A stretch of DNA of 36,968 nt from Lentisphaeria bacterium (GTDB lineage: Bacteria > Verrucomicrobiota > Lentisphaeria > JABSQK01 > JAWLHB01): NCBI GenBank assembly GCA_041690595.1, contig JAWLHB010000029.1, positions 62,001-98,968 on the forward strand. Reading direction: 5' to 3'. The position numbers were made by a program, and so were the translations under genes. Positions 27,348 through 36,702 of the stretch are shown piece by piece. The notes below the pieces were generated by a model. It was not told where the DNA came from, did no database searches, and saw nothing but the letters and a program-made list of their open reading frames with translations. Position 1 is the stretch's first letter. Each line of letters opens with the position of its first letter.

Positions 27348-28328
27348 TCAGCCTTCGATAGCTTCGGCAAGGATGGTCAGCCCCTGCAAGGCACGCTCTT
27401 CGGCCTCACGGGCAGCCGTGAGGTGATCGATGGCGCTCGCCACCAGGTGTGGTTCGCGGGCATTCGCCGCGCGCTCCTCCTCCGTGACGTTGACAAAGGG
27501 AAAGAGCGCCGTCAATGCCCGCAGATGCCCCGCGACGCTTCGGTAGTGGGTCAACGGACTGGAGAAAAGCTCCTCCGGCACCTCATGTAGCCGCAGGCGG
27601 GCTTCTTCCAGGAAGGAGACCGCTTGGCGGCGACATTCCGCCCATACCTGCGCGTTGTAGGCGTTGCCATGCCCGCCGGCCGTTCCGTTCCGCAGCGCTT
27701 CGATCCAGGTCGTGTAGGCCGCGGGCCCTGCCGTGTAGGGCTGAAAGCGCCACTCATTGCGTTGCGGATCGGCCCACGTTGCCGCAAACTCCAAGGCGCG
27801 CTTGACGATGACTGCCGCGGGCTGCGCCGGAGCGCTCTCGACCTCATGAACCGCCAGGTAGCCGATTTCCGTGGCCCCAAGCTTGTTCCATGGAAGCGGC
27901 CCCGCGCCCTTCTCGCAGCCCGGACCGCTGTAGTAATAGCCGATCTCGTCGCAGGCGGTGATCAGGTAGAATTCTGGCACCTCCAGCTCCCAGGCGAAAC
28001 AGGGGCGCCCCGCCGCGATGGCGGCATGGGCGACGCGAAACGCCTCCACCTGCCGATCCGCGAACGCCGGCTCCACCTTGTGCCCCTGAACTGTCGATAC
28101 CTTCAAGCCCAGCGCTTCTACCTGCGTAAAGAGGCCGCTCTTGTCCCAGGCAGTTGGCCCGCTGGGACAAAGCTCGTGATGAATGTTGAGGACGAAGGCA
28201 TGCCCGCTTGCCCCGTAGAGCCAAGGCAGCGTGCAGTCCACCTCGAGATATGCCGCGCAGCTTTTCAGGCAGCTTATCAGCGTTGACCACATGGGACGAT
28301 AATCAAGACGCGCCAGCATGTCCATCAT
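27348..28328 (-). CDS. Hypothetical protein (possibly BtrH-N/papain-like fold)
   Basis: Long ORF with AGGAG RBS and its own promoter; LISCL, WLYGASGHAF, AIAAGRPCFAWE, GPAAYTTW, ECRRQA..FL. The fold call is tentative. Confidence 0.65.
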   Translation of the reverse strand: MMDMLARLDYRPMWSTLISCLKSCAAYLEVDCTLPWLYGASGHAFVLNIHHELCPSGPTAWDKSGLFTQVEALGLKVSTVQGHKVEPAFADRQVEAFRVAHAAIAAGRPCFAWELEVPEFYLITACDEIGYYYSGPGCEKGAGPLPWNKLGATEIGYLAVHEVESAPAQPAAVIVKRALEFAATWADPQRNEWRFQPYTAGPAAYTTWIEALRNGTAGGHGNAYNAQVWAECRRQAVSFLEEARLRLHEVPEELFSSPLTHYRSVAGHLRALTALFPFVNVTEEERAANAREPHLVASAIDHLTAAREAEERALQGLTILAEAIEG

Positions 28329-28393
28329 CAGAAACTCCTGGTTGTGTGGCGATTGACTGCCGGCCATCCGAAATGCGGCCGCTGCCGACGCTT

Positions 28394-28422
28394 AGCATAG
28401 CGCGCCAAAGGTGCGTTGACAA
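28394..28422 (-). promoter_or_regulatory. Sigma70-type promoter of the 27348-28328 gene
   Basis: Minus strand TTGTCA, 17 nt, TATGCT. Confidence 0.55.
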
Positions 28423-28471
28423 TCCGCCGCCGCAATCATCTGACGGCGATCCGGACCTACGGCTGGGGGAG

Positions 28472-29503
28472 TCAGGCGGAGTGGCGAATGTGGATGGTGG
28501 GGGGCAGGATTTGGCTGGTCATCGGTGCGCCCGTGTCGAGAGAGTTGAGCAGAAGCTCGGCGCAGAGGCGGCCGCACTCGCGGCTCATCTGGTCATAGGT
28601 GGTCAGGGCCGGGTGGGCAAACTCGGAGAGTTCGGTGTTATCGGCACCGGTAACCAGCACATCCTCGGGAACGCGCACCCCCGCATGGCGCAGTCCCATG
28701 ATGACGCCCATGGCGATGCGGTCGCTGGCACAGATCACGGCATCCGGAAGATCGTCGAGCGATTCCGCCAGTGTGACGGCGGCCTGACGGCCAGCCGAGA
28801 GGGAGAAGTCACCGGGCAGGATCCGATGCGGCAGATCGCCCACCGCTGCCAGAAAGCCTCCCCGGCGGCGCAGCCCGCTGTCCACGGGCGATCCGTCGAC
28901 GTAGGCGAAGCGGCGCGCCCCGCGCTCCCGGCAGTGGCTGACGAGGGCCGCCATGCCTGCATGGTCATCGCTGTAGATGCAGGGATAACCGGCCGCGCGA
29001 TTGATGCCCAGGATGAAGGGCATGCCGGCACTCGCCAGGTCGTCCAGCCAGTTGGAATCGCCGACGGCTCCCCAGACGATCAGTCCATCGACCTCGCGCC
29101 GCCGCGCCAGGGAGAGATGATCCCGGCGCTTGACGAAGCGCTCGTTGAACATCAAGAGGAGGAGTCGGCAATCGGCCGCATTGAGGGCCTCGTAGGCGTC
29201 ATTGGTGAAGAGCGAGAGGTTCTCGTCATGCAGACCGCCGTCGCCGCCATGTGGGATCACGAGGCCGATGATGCCGGTGCGCTTGCTGAACATGCGGGAG
29301 GCGTGGATGTTGGGTTCGTAGCCCATTTCCGCGCAGATCTTCTGTATCTTCTCGCGCAGCTGCCGCCCCACGCGCACATTGCCGTAGTTGCCGGATAGGA
29401 CGCGGGAAACGGTCGAGGGCGAGCAGCCTGCAAGTTCGGCAATTGCCCGCACGTTGCCCGTTCGCGACTCGGAGCCTGAATTGTTTCTGGAAGTGTCAGC
29501 CAC
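28472..29503 (-). CDS. LacI-family transcriptional regulator
   Basis: HTH VRAIAELAGCSPSTVSRVL, MGYEPN..A, VDGLI, ASDRIAMG, VPEDVLVTGADN, PALTT. Confidence 0.93.
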   Translation of the reverse strand: MADTSRNNSGSESRTGNVRAIAELAGCSPSTVSRVLSGNYGNVRVGRQLREKIQKICAEMGYEPNIHASRMFSKRTGIIGLVIPHGGDGGLHDENLSLFTNDAYEALNAADCRLLLLMFNERFVKRRDHLSLARRREVDGLIVWGAVGDSNWLDDLASAGMPFILGINRAAGYPCIYSDDHAGMAALVSHCRERGARRFAYVDGSPVDSGLRRRGGFLAAVGDLPHRILPGDFSLSAGRQAAVTLAESLDDLPDAVICASDRIAMGVIMGLRHAGVRVPEDVLVTGADNTELSEFAHPALTTYDQMSRECGRLCAELLLNSLDTGAPMTSQILPPTIHIRHSA

Positions 29504-29690
29504 ATTTGAAACTTATCACCACCTCCAACCTGCTGCAAATGAAGTCGGACGGAGACGCGTGGACGCGGGAGGGGGAGCGGATTTCTGGCTGAGCTTCGAG
29601 TGGCAAGCGCATGGACAGCGTGGCAAAGTACAGCCAGGTAGAGAGTATGAGATCCCCATGCGCCAGCAAACCATCATCGAAGGGCTGCTT

Positions 29691-31268
29691 ATGTTGTTGT
29701 CTCCAGAGCTTTTCCGACCGTTCATCGAGCGCTTCAATGCGGATGATGTCGAGACGAAGATCAATGCCATCTCCAACGCGAATGCCTGGGAGTGGCTGGC
29801 AGGGCGCATCCCGCGTTTCGAATGTCCGGACCCGGTCATGCAGGCGGTTTACTATTTTCGCTGGTGGAGCTTTCGCAAGCACTTTCGCCAAACGCCCGAA
29901 GGTTGGGTGATCACGGAATTTCTGCCCGACGTTTCTTGGGCGCATGCACACAATACGATCCCCTGCGCATCGGCATTTTCATTCAATGAAGGTCGCTGGC
30001 TGCGGGATCCGGAAATCCTGCGCGATTTCGCCCGCTTCTGGTTCGAGGGTGATGGCCGCCTGCACTACATGACCTTCTGGGCCGCGAATGCGTGTCGCAG
30101 CTTTGCCGACGTGCATGGTGAGGCCGCGGACGTCTCGCGACTGCTATACTACATGGTGGAGTGCCATGCGCGATGGGATGAGCTGCATCGCGACCCGTGC
30201 GGCCTTTTCTGGATTCTGGACACGCCAAGTGTCGAGGCTGGCATTGCCGGCGACGGCATGGAGTATTCGCTTGGCGGCTCCGGCTGCCGTCCCACTATCA
30301 ACAGCTACATGTTTGCCGACGCGTTGGCGATCGCCGCGTTCGCTGACGAGCACGGCCATACCTCTCTCGCAGCTGAGTTCCGGGCGAAGGCAGAGGAGTT
30401 GCGCGCGCTCGTGCATGAATTGCTGTGGGATGAGGAGGCGCAGTTCTTCAAGACGCTGACGACAGAGGCGGGACAGAACGCTCACTGGCAGGTCGGCGGT
30501 TATGCGCAGAAACGGGCGCGCCTGCGGGAGCATACGCCTGGCCATCTGGCGGATGTTCGGGAGCTGGCAGGCTACATCCCCTGGTGCTTCAACCTGCCGA
30601 GACCAGGGTATGAAGGCGGTTGGGCGCAACTGGATGATGTCGATGGCTTCTTCGGGAGCTACGGCCCAACCACTTGCGAGCGCCGTCACCCACTTTTCAT
30701 GCGCAACTACGGCCATGACTGCCACTGGAACGGGCCAAGTTGGCCTTTCGCGACGACTCAGACGCTCCAGGCGATGGCAAACGTGCTGCATCACTACGAT
30801 CAACGGGTCGTGAGCCGGATGGACTACCTGCGCTTGCTGCAAACCTATGCGCGTTCGCACCGTCGTCACACCGGTGACGGTCGCGCGCTGTGGTGGATCG
30901 ATGAGAACCTGCATCCCGACACCGGCGAATGGATTGCGCGCACGCTCGTGCAGCAACGCCAACCGGGTTTCGAGCGGGGCAAGAACTACAACCACAGCGC
31001 CTTCTGCGATCTGGTCATCAGCGGTCTCTGCGGGGTGATGCCTGGACCGCACGAGCTCCGCATCGATCCACTGCTTCCGCCGCACACGTGGCCATGGTTC
31101 TGTCTCGATGGCGTGCCGTGGCAGGGCCACGAGGTGACCATTGCCTACGACGAAGACGGCAGTCGTTACGGCAAAGGTGCCGGCTTGCGCGTCTGGCTGG
31201 ACGGCGAGCTTGCCGGCGAGGCTCCTGCATTGACCTCCCTGACAGTCTCTTCCAAGGCATCCACGTAA
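29691..31268 (+). CDS. Six-hairpin glycoside hydrolase (MGH1/GH63-like)
   Basis: IPRFECPD, YYFRWW..RKH, EGRWLRD, DGMEYS, RPTINSYM, WNGPSWP, YNHSAFCDLVISGL. No signal peptide; start 29691 or 29658. Confidence 0.8.
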   Translation: MLLSPELFRPFIERFNADDVETKINAISNANAWEWLAGRIPRFECPDPVMQAVYYFRWWSFRKHFRQTPEGWVITEFLPDVSWAHAHNTIPCASAFSFNEGRWLRDPEILRDFARFWFEGDGRLHYMTFWAANACRSFADVHGEAADVSRLLYYMVECHARWDELHRDPCGLFWILDTPSVEAGIAGDGMEYSLGGSGCRPTINSYMFADALAIAAFADEHGHTSLAAEFRAKAEELRALVHELLWDEEAQFFKTLTTEAGQNAHWQVGGYAQKRARLREHTPGHLADVRELAGYIPWCFNLPRPGYEGGWAQLDDVDGFFGSYGPTTCERRHPLFMRNYGHDCHWNGPSWPFATTQTLQAMANVLHHYDQRVVSRMDYLRLLQTYARSHRRHTGDGRALWWIDENLHPDTGEWIARTLVQQRQPGFERGKNYNHSAFCDLVISGLCGVMPGPHELRIDPLLPPHTWPWFCLDGVPWQGHEVTIAYDEDGSRYGKGAGLRVWLDGELAGEAPALTSLTVSSKAST

Positions 31269-31418
31269 AGGGCTTTGCCTGGGATGGGGGATCATGAGGA
31301 TCAGGAGGCGGCTAAAACGTTTCTCTTTCCTGCCTTACTGTTTTGTTACGTCTAATATCTTATACAGATTATAAAAGTGCAGTTTCATGGAGCTTGGACG
31401 GGCTTGAAAGTACGAAAG

Positions 31419-31543
31419 ACACGGACGAACACCCCGGGAAGGCAGGCGCGTGGACCGAGGTTTTGGCAGCACATGGCACACGGACAAGCACACCGGAAGG
31501 CAGGGGCGTGGGACCGAGCGTTCGACCGAGGTTTTTGACCGAG
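31419..31543 (+). repeat. Imperfect 59-bp duplication with four GACCGAG boxes
   Basis: acacggac...ggaaggcagg..cgtgg(g)accgag at 31419 and 31478; GACCGAG at 31453, 31512, 31524 and 31537. Confidence 0.75.
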
Positions 31544-31619
31544 GCAAGGGTAAATCAACGGGGAAGATTTTTTTATTTTCTTGAGAAGATGCTCTTGCAG
31601 GGGGAACCCGGATGGTTAT

Positions 31620-31871
31620 AACCTGTTCGGCCAGAAATCCTCCGCCAGCATGTGGCGGCGGGCGCTGGCCTGGCTGGGGGTTCCGCCCGAGCGTCTGCTC
31701 ACCATCGGCGACAATCCCGAGGAGGATGGGCGCGTGCCTTGGACAGCCGGCATTCCTCACGGTCTTCTGCTCGGCCCGGCACCATCGTCGGAGGCCACGG
31801 CCGGTCGCCTCACCCTCCCCACCTGGCACGACATCGCCGACCTCCTCCTGCCCCAGCCTTGCCAACGGTAG
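31620..31871 (+). pseudogene. C-terminal fragment of a HAD-superfamily hydrolase
   Basis: GQKSSASMWRRALAWLGVPPERLLTIGDNPEEDG...AGI contains HAD motifs III and IV. Motif I (DxD) and a credible start are absent. Confidence 0.65.
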
Positions 31872-31899
31872 CTGCAGATCACGCAGCGTCAGCTGCTTC

Positions 31900-32000
31900 G
31901 GTATGCCAGCCTCTGCGCCATCGCCAATCATTCTCTCGACCTTCCCAGCGTGATAGTGTATAGTCTCCACGTTGTACTCACACCTGCTGTCTGGCATACC
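31900..32000 (+). promoter_or_regulatory. Promoter-like segment flanked by perfect 10-bp inverted repeats
   Basis: ggtatgccag (31900-31909) and ctggcatacc (31991-32000); inside, TCGACC (31936), 17 nt, TATAGT (31959). Confidence 0.5.
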
Positions 32001-32013
32001 AGGAAACGAAACA

Positions 32014-32580
32014 ATGAACCTTCGACGCGTGCTTGCTTTATTGGCTCCGCTCTTGTCCATCTTCCTTTCTTCGTGCGATATGACAGCCAGTACCCGTCCC
32101 GATAGAGGCAGAGAGCTGTTCTTGAGACTCGCCATTCATGGTTCAGAATTATCCGAGGATGATCAGGTAGCTATCGTCACCGAGCTTTGCTCAAGCCGTT
32201 CGCACTCCAGATGGGTTGCGCTCTTGCTGAATAATCCACGTGTTTTTGTATGCCCGTATGGAAACTGCGGTGACGGGATGATATCGGATGAACTCGAGGA
32301 GCTGCGATTACTGCCCCTCGTGCACCTTATGCAAAGCATCAACAAACAGGTGGCGGATATCGACGTACTGCTTTCCTTGACAGACTGGTTATCAGATAGG
32401 CGGTCTGTGTTATACAGTAGAACTCGACTGTTGGTTTTCAGTTCAGATTCAAGAACAGATAGCTTTCAGGATATAGCCTATGACGCGTTGGTGCGGTGTA
32501 TGGACTCCGATTATGGCTATGATGTCTATGCTTGGCGAAAAGCGATTGCAGATGCATACGTTGCCGCGAGTAAGGGATAG
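32014..32580 (+). CDS. Hypothetical lipoprotein, lower GC than its neighbours
   Basis: MNLRRVLALLAPLLSIFLSSC with lipobox LSSC; many A/T-ending codons; C-terminal DYGYDVYAWRK. Confidence 0.6.
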   Translation: MNLRRVLALLAPLLSIFLSSCDMTASTRPDRGRELFLRLAIHGSELSEDDQVAIVTELCSSRSHSRWVALLLNNPRVFVCPYGNCGDGMISDELEELRLLPLVHLMQSINKQVADIDVLLSLTDWLSDRRSVLYSRTRLLVFSSDSRTDSFQDIAYDALVRCMDSDYGYDVYAWRKAIADAYVAASKG

Positions 32581-32585
32581 GGGGA

Positions 32586-33308
32586 ATGGATAGCCGCATT
32601 CGTATCTGCGGTGAACGGTACCGGCTACGTCAGGCGGCCGGCAAGGCTGGTTGGGCCGATGAATCGTCGTATGCAAGGAAAGCGAGCCGCCTGGATGCGA
32701 TCCTTGAAGCGAACCGACTGCACCCGCCATGCCGCTTTCTCGAGCTTGGGTGCGGCAATGGAAATCTGACCCTGTACATGGCTCGCAACGGGCACGAGGC
32801 TTATGGCGTGGACATCGTTCCCGAAGCCATCGCGTGGGCCAGGAAGCAGGCCGCGGAGGGGAATCCGCGGGCCGACTTCCGCGTGGACAATGTCGTGACG
32901 CTATCCGGCTGCGCCGATGGCTTCTTCGATCTTGTCTTCGACGCCGATTGCCTCTTGATGATTGTCGGGCCGGAGCGCAAGGCCGCCGTCGCGAACGTAT
33001 GGCGCGTATTGAAGCCGGGCGGCATCTTCCATGCCGTAGCGCACCTTCTCAACGAGGCAATCACGCGGCGCATGGCCTTCAGCGGCCAGGACTACTTCGA
33101 CCCGGAGAGGCAATACTCCACGGTTCAAGGACACCCCATGTACTACTATAGCCGCGAGCAGGAGTTCGTGGACCTCATTGAGGGCGCCGGGTTTCACATA
33201 CTCCGGCGGGGGAAGGAAGCACCTTACCCCACGCACCAGAACACGCCCTTCCTCGCAGGCGGAATGTGGATCGAGGCAGCGAAGCCACTCCACACAAGCT
33301 CCACATGA
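32586..33308 (+). CDS. Class I SAM-dependent methyltransferase
   Basis: FLELGCGNG, YGVDIVPEAI, FFDLVFD, RVLKPGG. Confidence 0.9.
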   Translation: MDSRIRICGERYRLRQAAGKAGWADESSYARKASRLDAILEANRLHPPCRFLELGCGNGNLTLYMARNGHEAYGVDIVPEAIAWARKQAAEGNPRADFRVDNVVTLSGCADGFFDLVFDADCLLMIVGPERKAAVANVWRVLKPGGIFHAVAHLLNEAITRRMAFSGQDYFDPERQYSTVQGHPMYYYSREQEFVDLIEGAGFHILRRGKEAPYPTHQNTPFLAGGMWIEAAKPLHTSST

Positions 33309-33336
33309 CGGAGCAGCAGCTCACCTTGACTAAAGG

Positions 33337-34557
33337 TCAGATCTCGGGGCGGCGAAGGTGGGTGAGGGAGGGAAGCCACTGGCAGAGCTTCTTGAGGCCG
33401 AGCCAGGGGCCGCCGACGCGAAAGACGTGGGCCAGGGCGATCGCGTCCTTGAGGAGGATGGCGGGGAGGCCGCGAACGCGGCGGCCATTGACGTCGCCGA
33501 TCGCTGCATGGCTGCCGATGGAGAGGATGATACCCTTCTTCTTGGGCTTGAAGGGGAGCAGAGGCTGGCCGGCAAGGAGCCGCTTGAGGTTCATGGCGGT
33601 GTGGCGGCCATGCTGGACGGCAAACTGGGCAGTCGGAGGGAGAGGATCGCCGGCCTCGTCGCGCGTCAGGGCGCAGTCGCCGATGATGAAAACGTTATCG
33701 TGCCCCGGCGGTCGGAGGAAATCATCGACGATGGCGGCTTCCCCCTGAGCGGTCTCAAAGCCGCTATCGGCAATGAGGCGATTGGCGCGCACGCCGCCTG
33801 TCCACAAGAGTACGCCGGCGGGGAGCTTGCGGCTACCGTCGAGAATGACGTGATCGCGCGCCACACTGGTGATCCGCGCGCCCACCACAATCTCCACGCC
33901 CTGATGGCGCAGGTGGTCGGCAGCCGCGGAGGCCATCCACCCTTCATCGATGCCCGGCAGCAGGGCGTCGGCCATCTCGACGACGGTGATGCAGATGTCC
34001 TGCGGGTGAAGATCGAACGCGTGGGCAAGCTGCGGGCGGACTTCGGCAAGCTCCCCGGCGAGTTCGACGCCGGCCAGTCCACCACCACCGATGACGATGT
34101 GGCGGCGCCAGCTTTCATCGGGATGCTCATCGAGTTGAAGGAGAGAGTGTTCGATCTTGTCCTGGGCCAGGCGCGAAGAGGAAATGGATTCCAGGGTATG
34201 GCCGTGTTCGCGAAGTCCTTCGATATCATAGAAGAGCGGCTCCCAGCCGAGGGCGATAACAAGCTGGTCGTAACCAACGGAGCTTGCACCTTCGCGGGTG
34301 ACGATATGCACCTCCCGGCGGACGAGATCCAGGCGGCGAACGAAGCCGCGTTGCACTCTGGCAGGGGGTCTGGCAATCTCCTTGAGCTCGATGGAGACCT
34401 CGCGAAAGGAGCGGCGGCCGACGACGGGCTGGTGGAGCATGGTCGTGAGGTGGTGGCGCAGGTGCCTGTTTATGAGGAGGACTTCCGCCTCGATGCCGGC
34501 AAGGCCACGAACCGCGGTGGCACCTGCATAGCCCCCGCCAAGAATAACGATGCGCAT
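33337..34557 (-). CDS. ndh: Type II NADH dehydrogenase-like NAD(P)/FAD oxidoreductase
   Basis: IVILGGGYAG, YDQLVIALG, GGGLAGVELAGE, FIIGD, PPTAQFAVQHG. GAGGAG RBS before ATG 34557. Confidence 0.85.
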   Translation of the reverse strand: MRIVILGGGYAGATAVRGLAGIEAEVLLINRHLRHHLTTMLHQPVVGRRSFREVSIELKEIARPPARVQRGFVRRLDLVRREVHIVTREGASSVGYDQLVIALGWEPLFYDIEGLREHGHTLESISSSRLAQDKIEHSLLQLDEHPDESWRRHIVIGGGGLAGVELAGELAEVRPQLAHAFDLHPQDICITVVEMADALLPGIDEGWMASAAADHLRHQGVEIVVGARITSVARDHVILDGSRKLPAGVLLWTGGVRANRLIADSGFETAQGEAAIVDDFLRPPGHDNVFIIGDCALTRDEAGDPLPPTAQFAVQHGRHTAMNLKRLLAGQPLLPFKPKKKGIILSIGSHAAIGDVNGRRVRGLPAILLKDAIALAHVFRVGGPWLGLKKLCQWLPSLTHLRRPEI

Positions 34558-34705
34558 GATTTGTCTCTCCTCACGTGTGTACGCTCTCGTAGCTACTATA
34601 GACGCCACGGGATCGCCGGCGAAAGGAAGGGTGAGGCAGACGGCGGAAAGCAGTGGTACTGTAAGAGCAACACCCCATACTCATTTCGACCCCAGAGGAG
34701 CATGC

Positions 34706-35785
34706 ATGAAAGACGCCGCCATCGATCTACTCAAACGCCTGACGGAAGCGCATGGCGCCCCATCCACGGAAGCGCAGGTCCGCCACATCTTTGCCACGGA
34801 GATCGGCGGCGAATGCGCAACCGATCAGGTCGGCAGCGTCATCTGCACGATCACCGGAACGAGCGACGGGCCGCGGGTGATGTTCGAGTCCCACATGGAC
34901 GAGGTTGGCTTTGCGGTACAGCGCATCACCCGTGACGGCTTCGTCAAGTTCACGCCGCTGGGCGGCTGGTGGGGGCACACGCTGCTGGCGCAACGGGTCT
35001 GCATTCTGACGCGCTCGGGAAACCGCATCCTGGGGCTGATCACCTCAAAGCCGACCCATTTCCTCAACGAGACCGAACGCAAGACCGTGCAGACGCCCGA
35101 AAACATGTACATCGATATCGGCGCGACGAGCGGCCAGGATGTGGCGGAACGTTTCGGTGTCGAGGTGGGCGATACGATTGTGCCGGAGAGCAGCTTCACC
35201 CGGATGCATGACCCGGATCTGCTGATGGCCAAAGCCTTTGATAACCGCGCGGGTACGGCTCTGGTGATCCAGGCCCTGCAGCAGCTTTGCGGCAAGCCCC
35301 ATCCGAATACGCTGATCGGCGTCGGGGCCGTGCAGGAAGAAGTGGGCACCCGTGGGGCGGAGACGGCGACTCGCGTCGTGCAGCCCGATGTGGCAATCGT
35401 CCTGGAGGGGGCGCCCGCCGACGATGCTCCGGGCGTCTCCGCGGACGAGATGCAGGGGGCGCTCGGCAAGGGACCGCAGATCCGGCTGATGGATCCGACG
35501 GCAATCATGAATCGACCCCTGGCGCTATGGGTGATTGCACTCGCCCGCGAACTCGGCATTCCGCACCAGGTGGCAGTACGCACCAGTGGCGGCACGGACG
35601 CGAAACCAATCCATCTCTCGGGCGCCGGCGTACCGACGGTCGTGATCGGGGTGCCGGCACGCTACATTCATACGCACAACAGCATCATCGACATTCGCGA
35701 TTACCTGCATGCGTTGCAACTGCTGATCGCCATCGGTGAACGGCTGGATGCGGAGACCGTGGCAGGCTTCACCCGCTACCTGTAG
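34706..35785 (+). CDS. M42-family metallopeptidase (TET-type aminopeptidase)
   Basis: HMDEVG, LGGWW, KAFDNR, QEEVG, GGTDA, RYIHTH. GAGGAG RBS. Confidence 0.92.
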   Translation: MKDAAIDLLKRLTEAHGAPSTEAQVRHIFATEIGGECATDQVGSVICTITGTSDGPRVMFESHMDEVGFAVQRITRDGFVKFTPLGGWWGHTLLAQRVCILTRSGNRILGLITSKPTHFLNETERKTVQTPENMYIDIGATSGQDVAERFGVEVGDTIVPESSFTRMHDPDLLMAKAFDNRAGTALVIQALQQLCGKPHPNTLIGVGAVQEEVGTRGAETATRVVQPDVAIVLEGAPADDAPGVSADEMQGALGKGPQIRLMDPTAIMNRPLALWVIALARELGIPHQVAVRTSGGTDAKPIHLSGAGVPTVVIGVPARYIHTHNSIIDIRDYLHALQLLIAIGERLDAETVAGFTRYL

Positions 35786-35796
35786 CCGCCAAGGCT

Positions 35797-36468
35797 TCAG
35801 TATGGATGCCAGATGCAGCCACCGCGGGTGACGTTATCCGGAGCCGCCGTGTCGGACTGTGGCATCGAACACCTGCCCCCTTCGTAAGAACGCCAGGCGT
35901 AGGCGCGCAGCCACGAGATGTGGCCATCTACAAACGAGAAATTGAGCCCTTCGCCGAGGTGACGCCCGGCCACGAGGGGAGTTTCATAATGTGTGGGTGA
36001 GTACCAGGCGGAATAGGTGGACTCAATGAAGCCGCAGGTGCGGTCGGCTTTGTTGACCTGAGTGATGCGGATATCACCCCATGTCCAAGCTGAACCGAGC
36101 ATGCGATTCCAGCCATAACTGCGCGTCTGTCCACCGTACTTGGGCGTCTCAGAAGGATCACGGCTGGGACAGCCGTTCCAGATCCAGTCCTTGTGCGCAC
36201 CGGGATTTGGGAAGGGAGGCAGATAAGAATCGACGGCAGTGATCAGGTTCGGCAGATTGGAGGAGGGCAGGAAGCCATCATTGTCGTCCGTATACAAGGC
36301 GTAGGCGGCGAGGGCAACCTGCTTGAGGTTGTTCTGGCAGGTCGTTCGCTTGGCCATATTCCTTGCCTTGCTCAGCGCCGGTAGCAACATCGAAGCCAGA
36401 ATGGCAATTATCGCCACAACGACAAGCAATTCGATCAAGGTAAATTTGGATGTGCATCTTCTGCTCAT
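35797..36468 (-). CDS. Prepilin-type N-terminal cleavage/methylation protein with C-terminal H-X9-DG-like motif (DUF1559-like)
   Basis: [59 protein letters not shown]. Confidence 0.92.
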   Translation of the reverse strand: MSRRCTSKFTLIELLVVVAIIAILASMLLPALSKARNMAKRTTCQNNLKQVALAAYALYTDDNDGFLPSSNLPNLITAVDSYLPPFPNPGAHKDWIWNGCPSRDPSETPKYGGQTRSYGWNRMLGSAWTWGDIRITQVNKADRTCGFIESTYSAWYSPTHYETPLVAGRHLGEGLNFSFVDGHISWLRAYAWRSYEGGRCSMPQSDTAAPDNVTRGGCIWHPY

Positions 36469-36533
36469 GGATCGCCTCTTGTGGTTCAGAATCCGCCGCG
36501 GCCTCTCGGGCTTCGTCCGAAAGCCCCATCCAC

Positions 36534-36562
36534 ATTATAGAATCGGTCGACCGACTATTCAA
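36534..36562 (-). promoter_or_regulatory. Near-consensus sigma70 promoter of the prepilin-type gene with a palindrome in the spacer
   Basis: Minus strand TTGAAT (36562-36557), 17 nt, TATAAT (36539-36534); perfect palindrome tcggtcgaccga at 36543-36554. Confidence 0.7.
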
Positions 36563-36702
36563 TAGCAGCGGCTGAACTTTTCACAATCGTACACTGAAAT
36601 AGTAACTCAATTTCAGCAACACGATAGCGACATGACTCAAGTTTGCCCAGGAAGCACCCGGTCAGGCGCACCGATCAGTAACGCGACACGTTAACGCAAC
36701 CC

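Noticed and set aside
29388..29690. N-terminal extension of the glycoside hydrolase ORF overlapping the LacI gene
   Set aside because: It overlaps the divergent LacI start; family-like sequence begins only near 29691.
29504..29690. LacI operator between the regulator and the hydrolase
   Set aside because: Only weak half-matches (tgaaacttatca, ggcaagcgcatg); no convincing palindrome.
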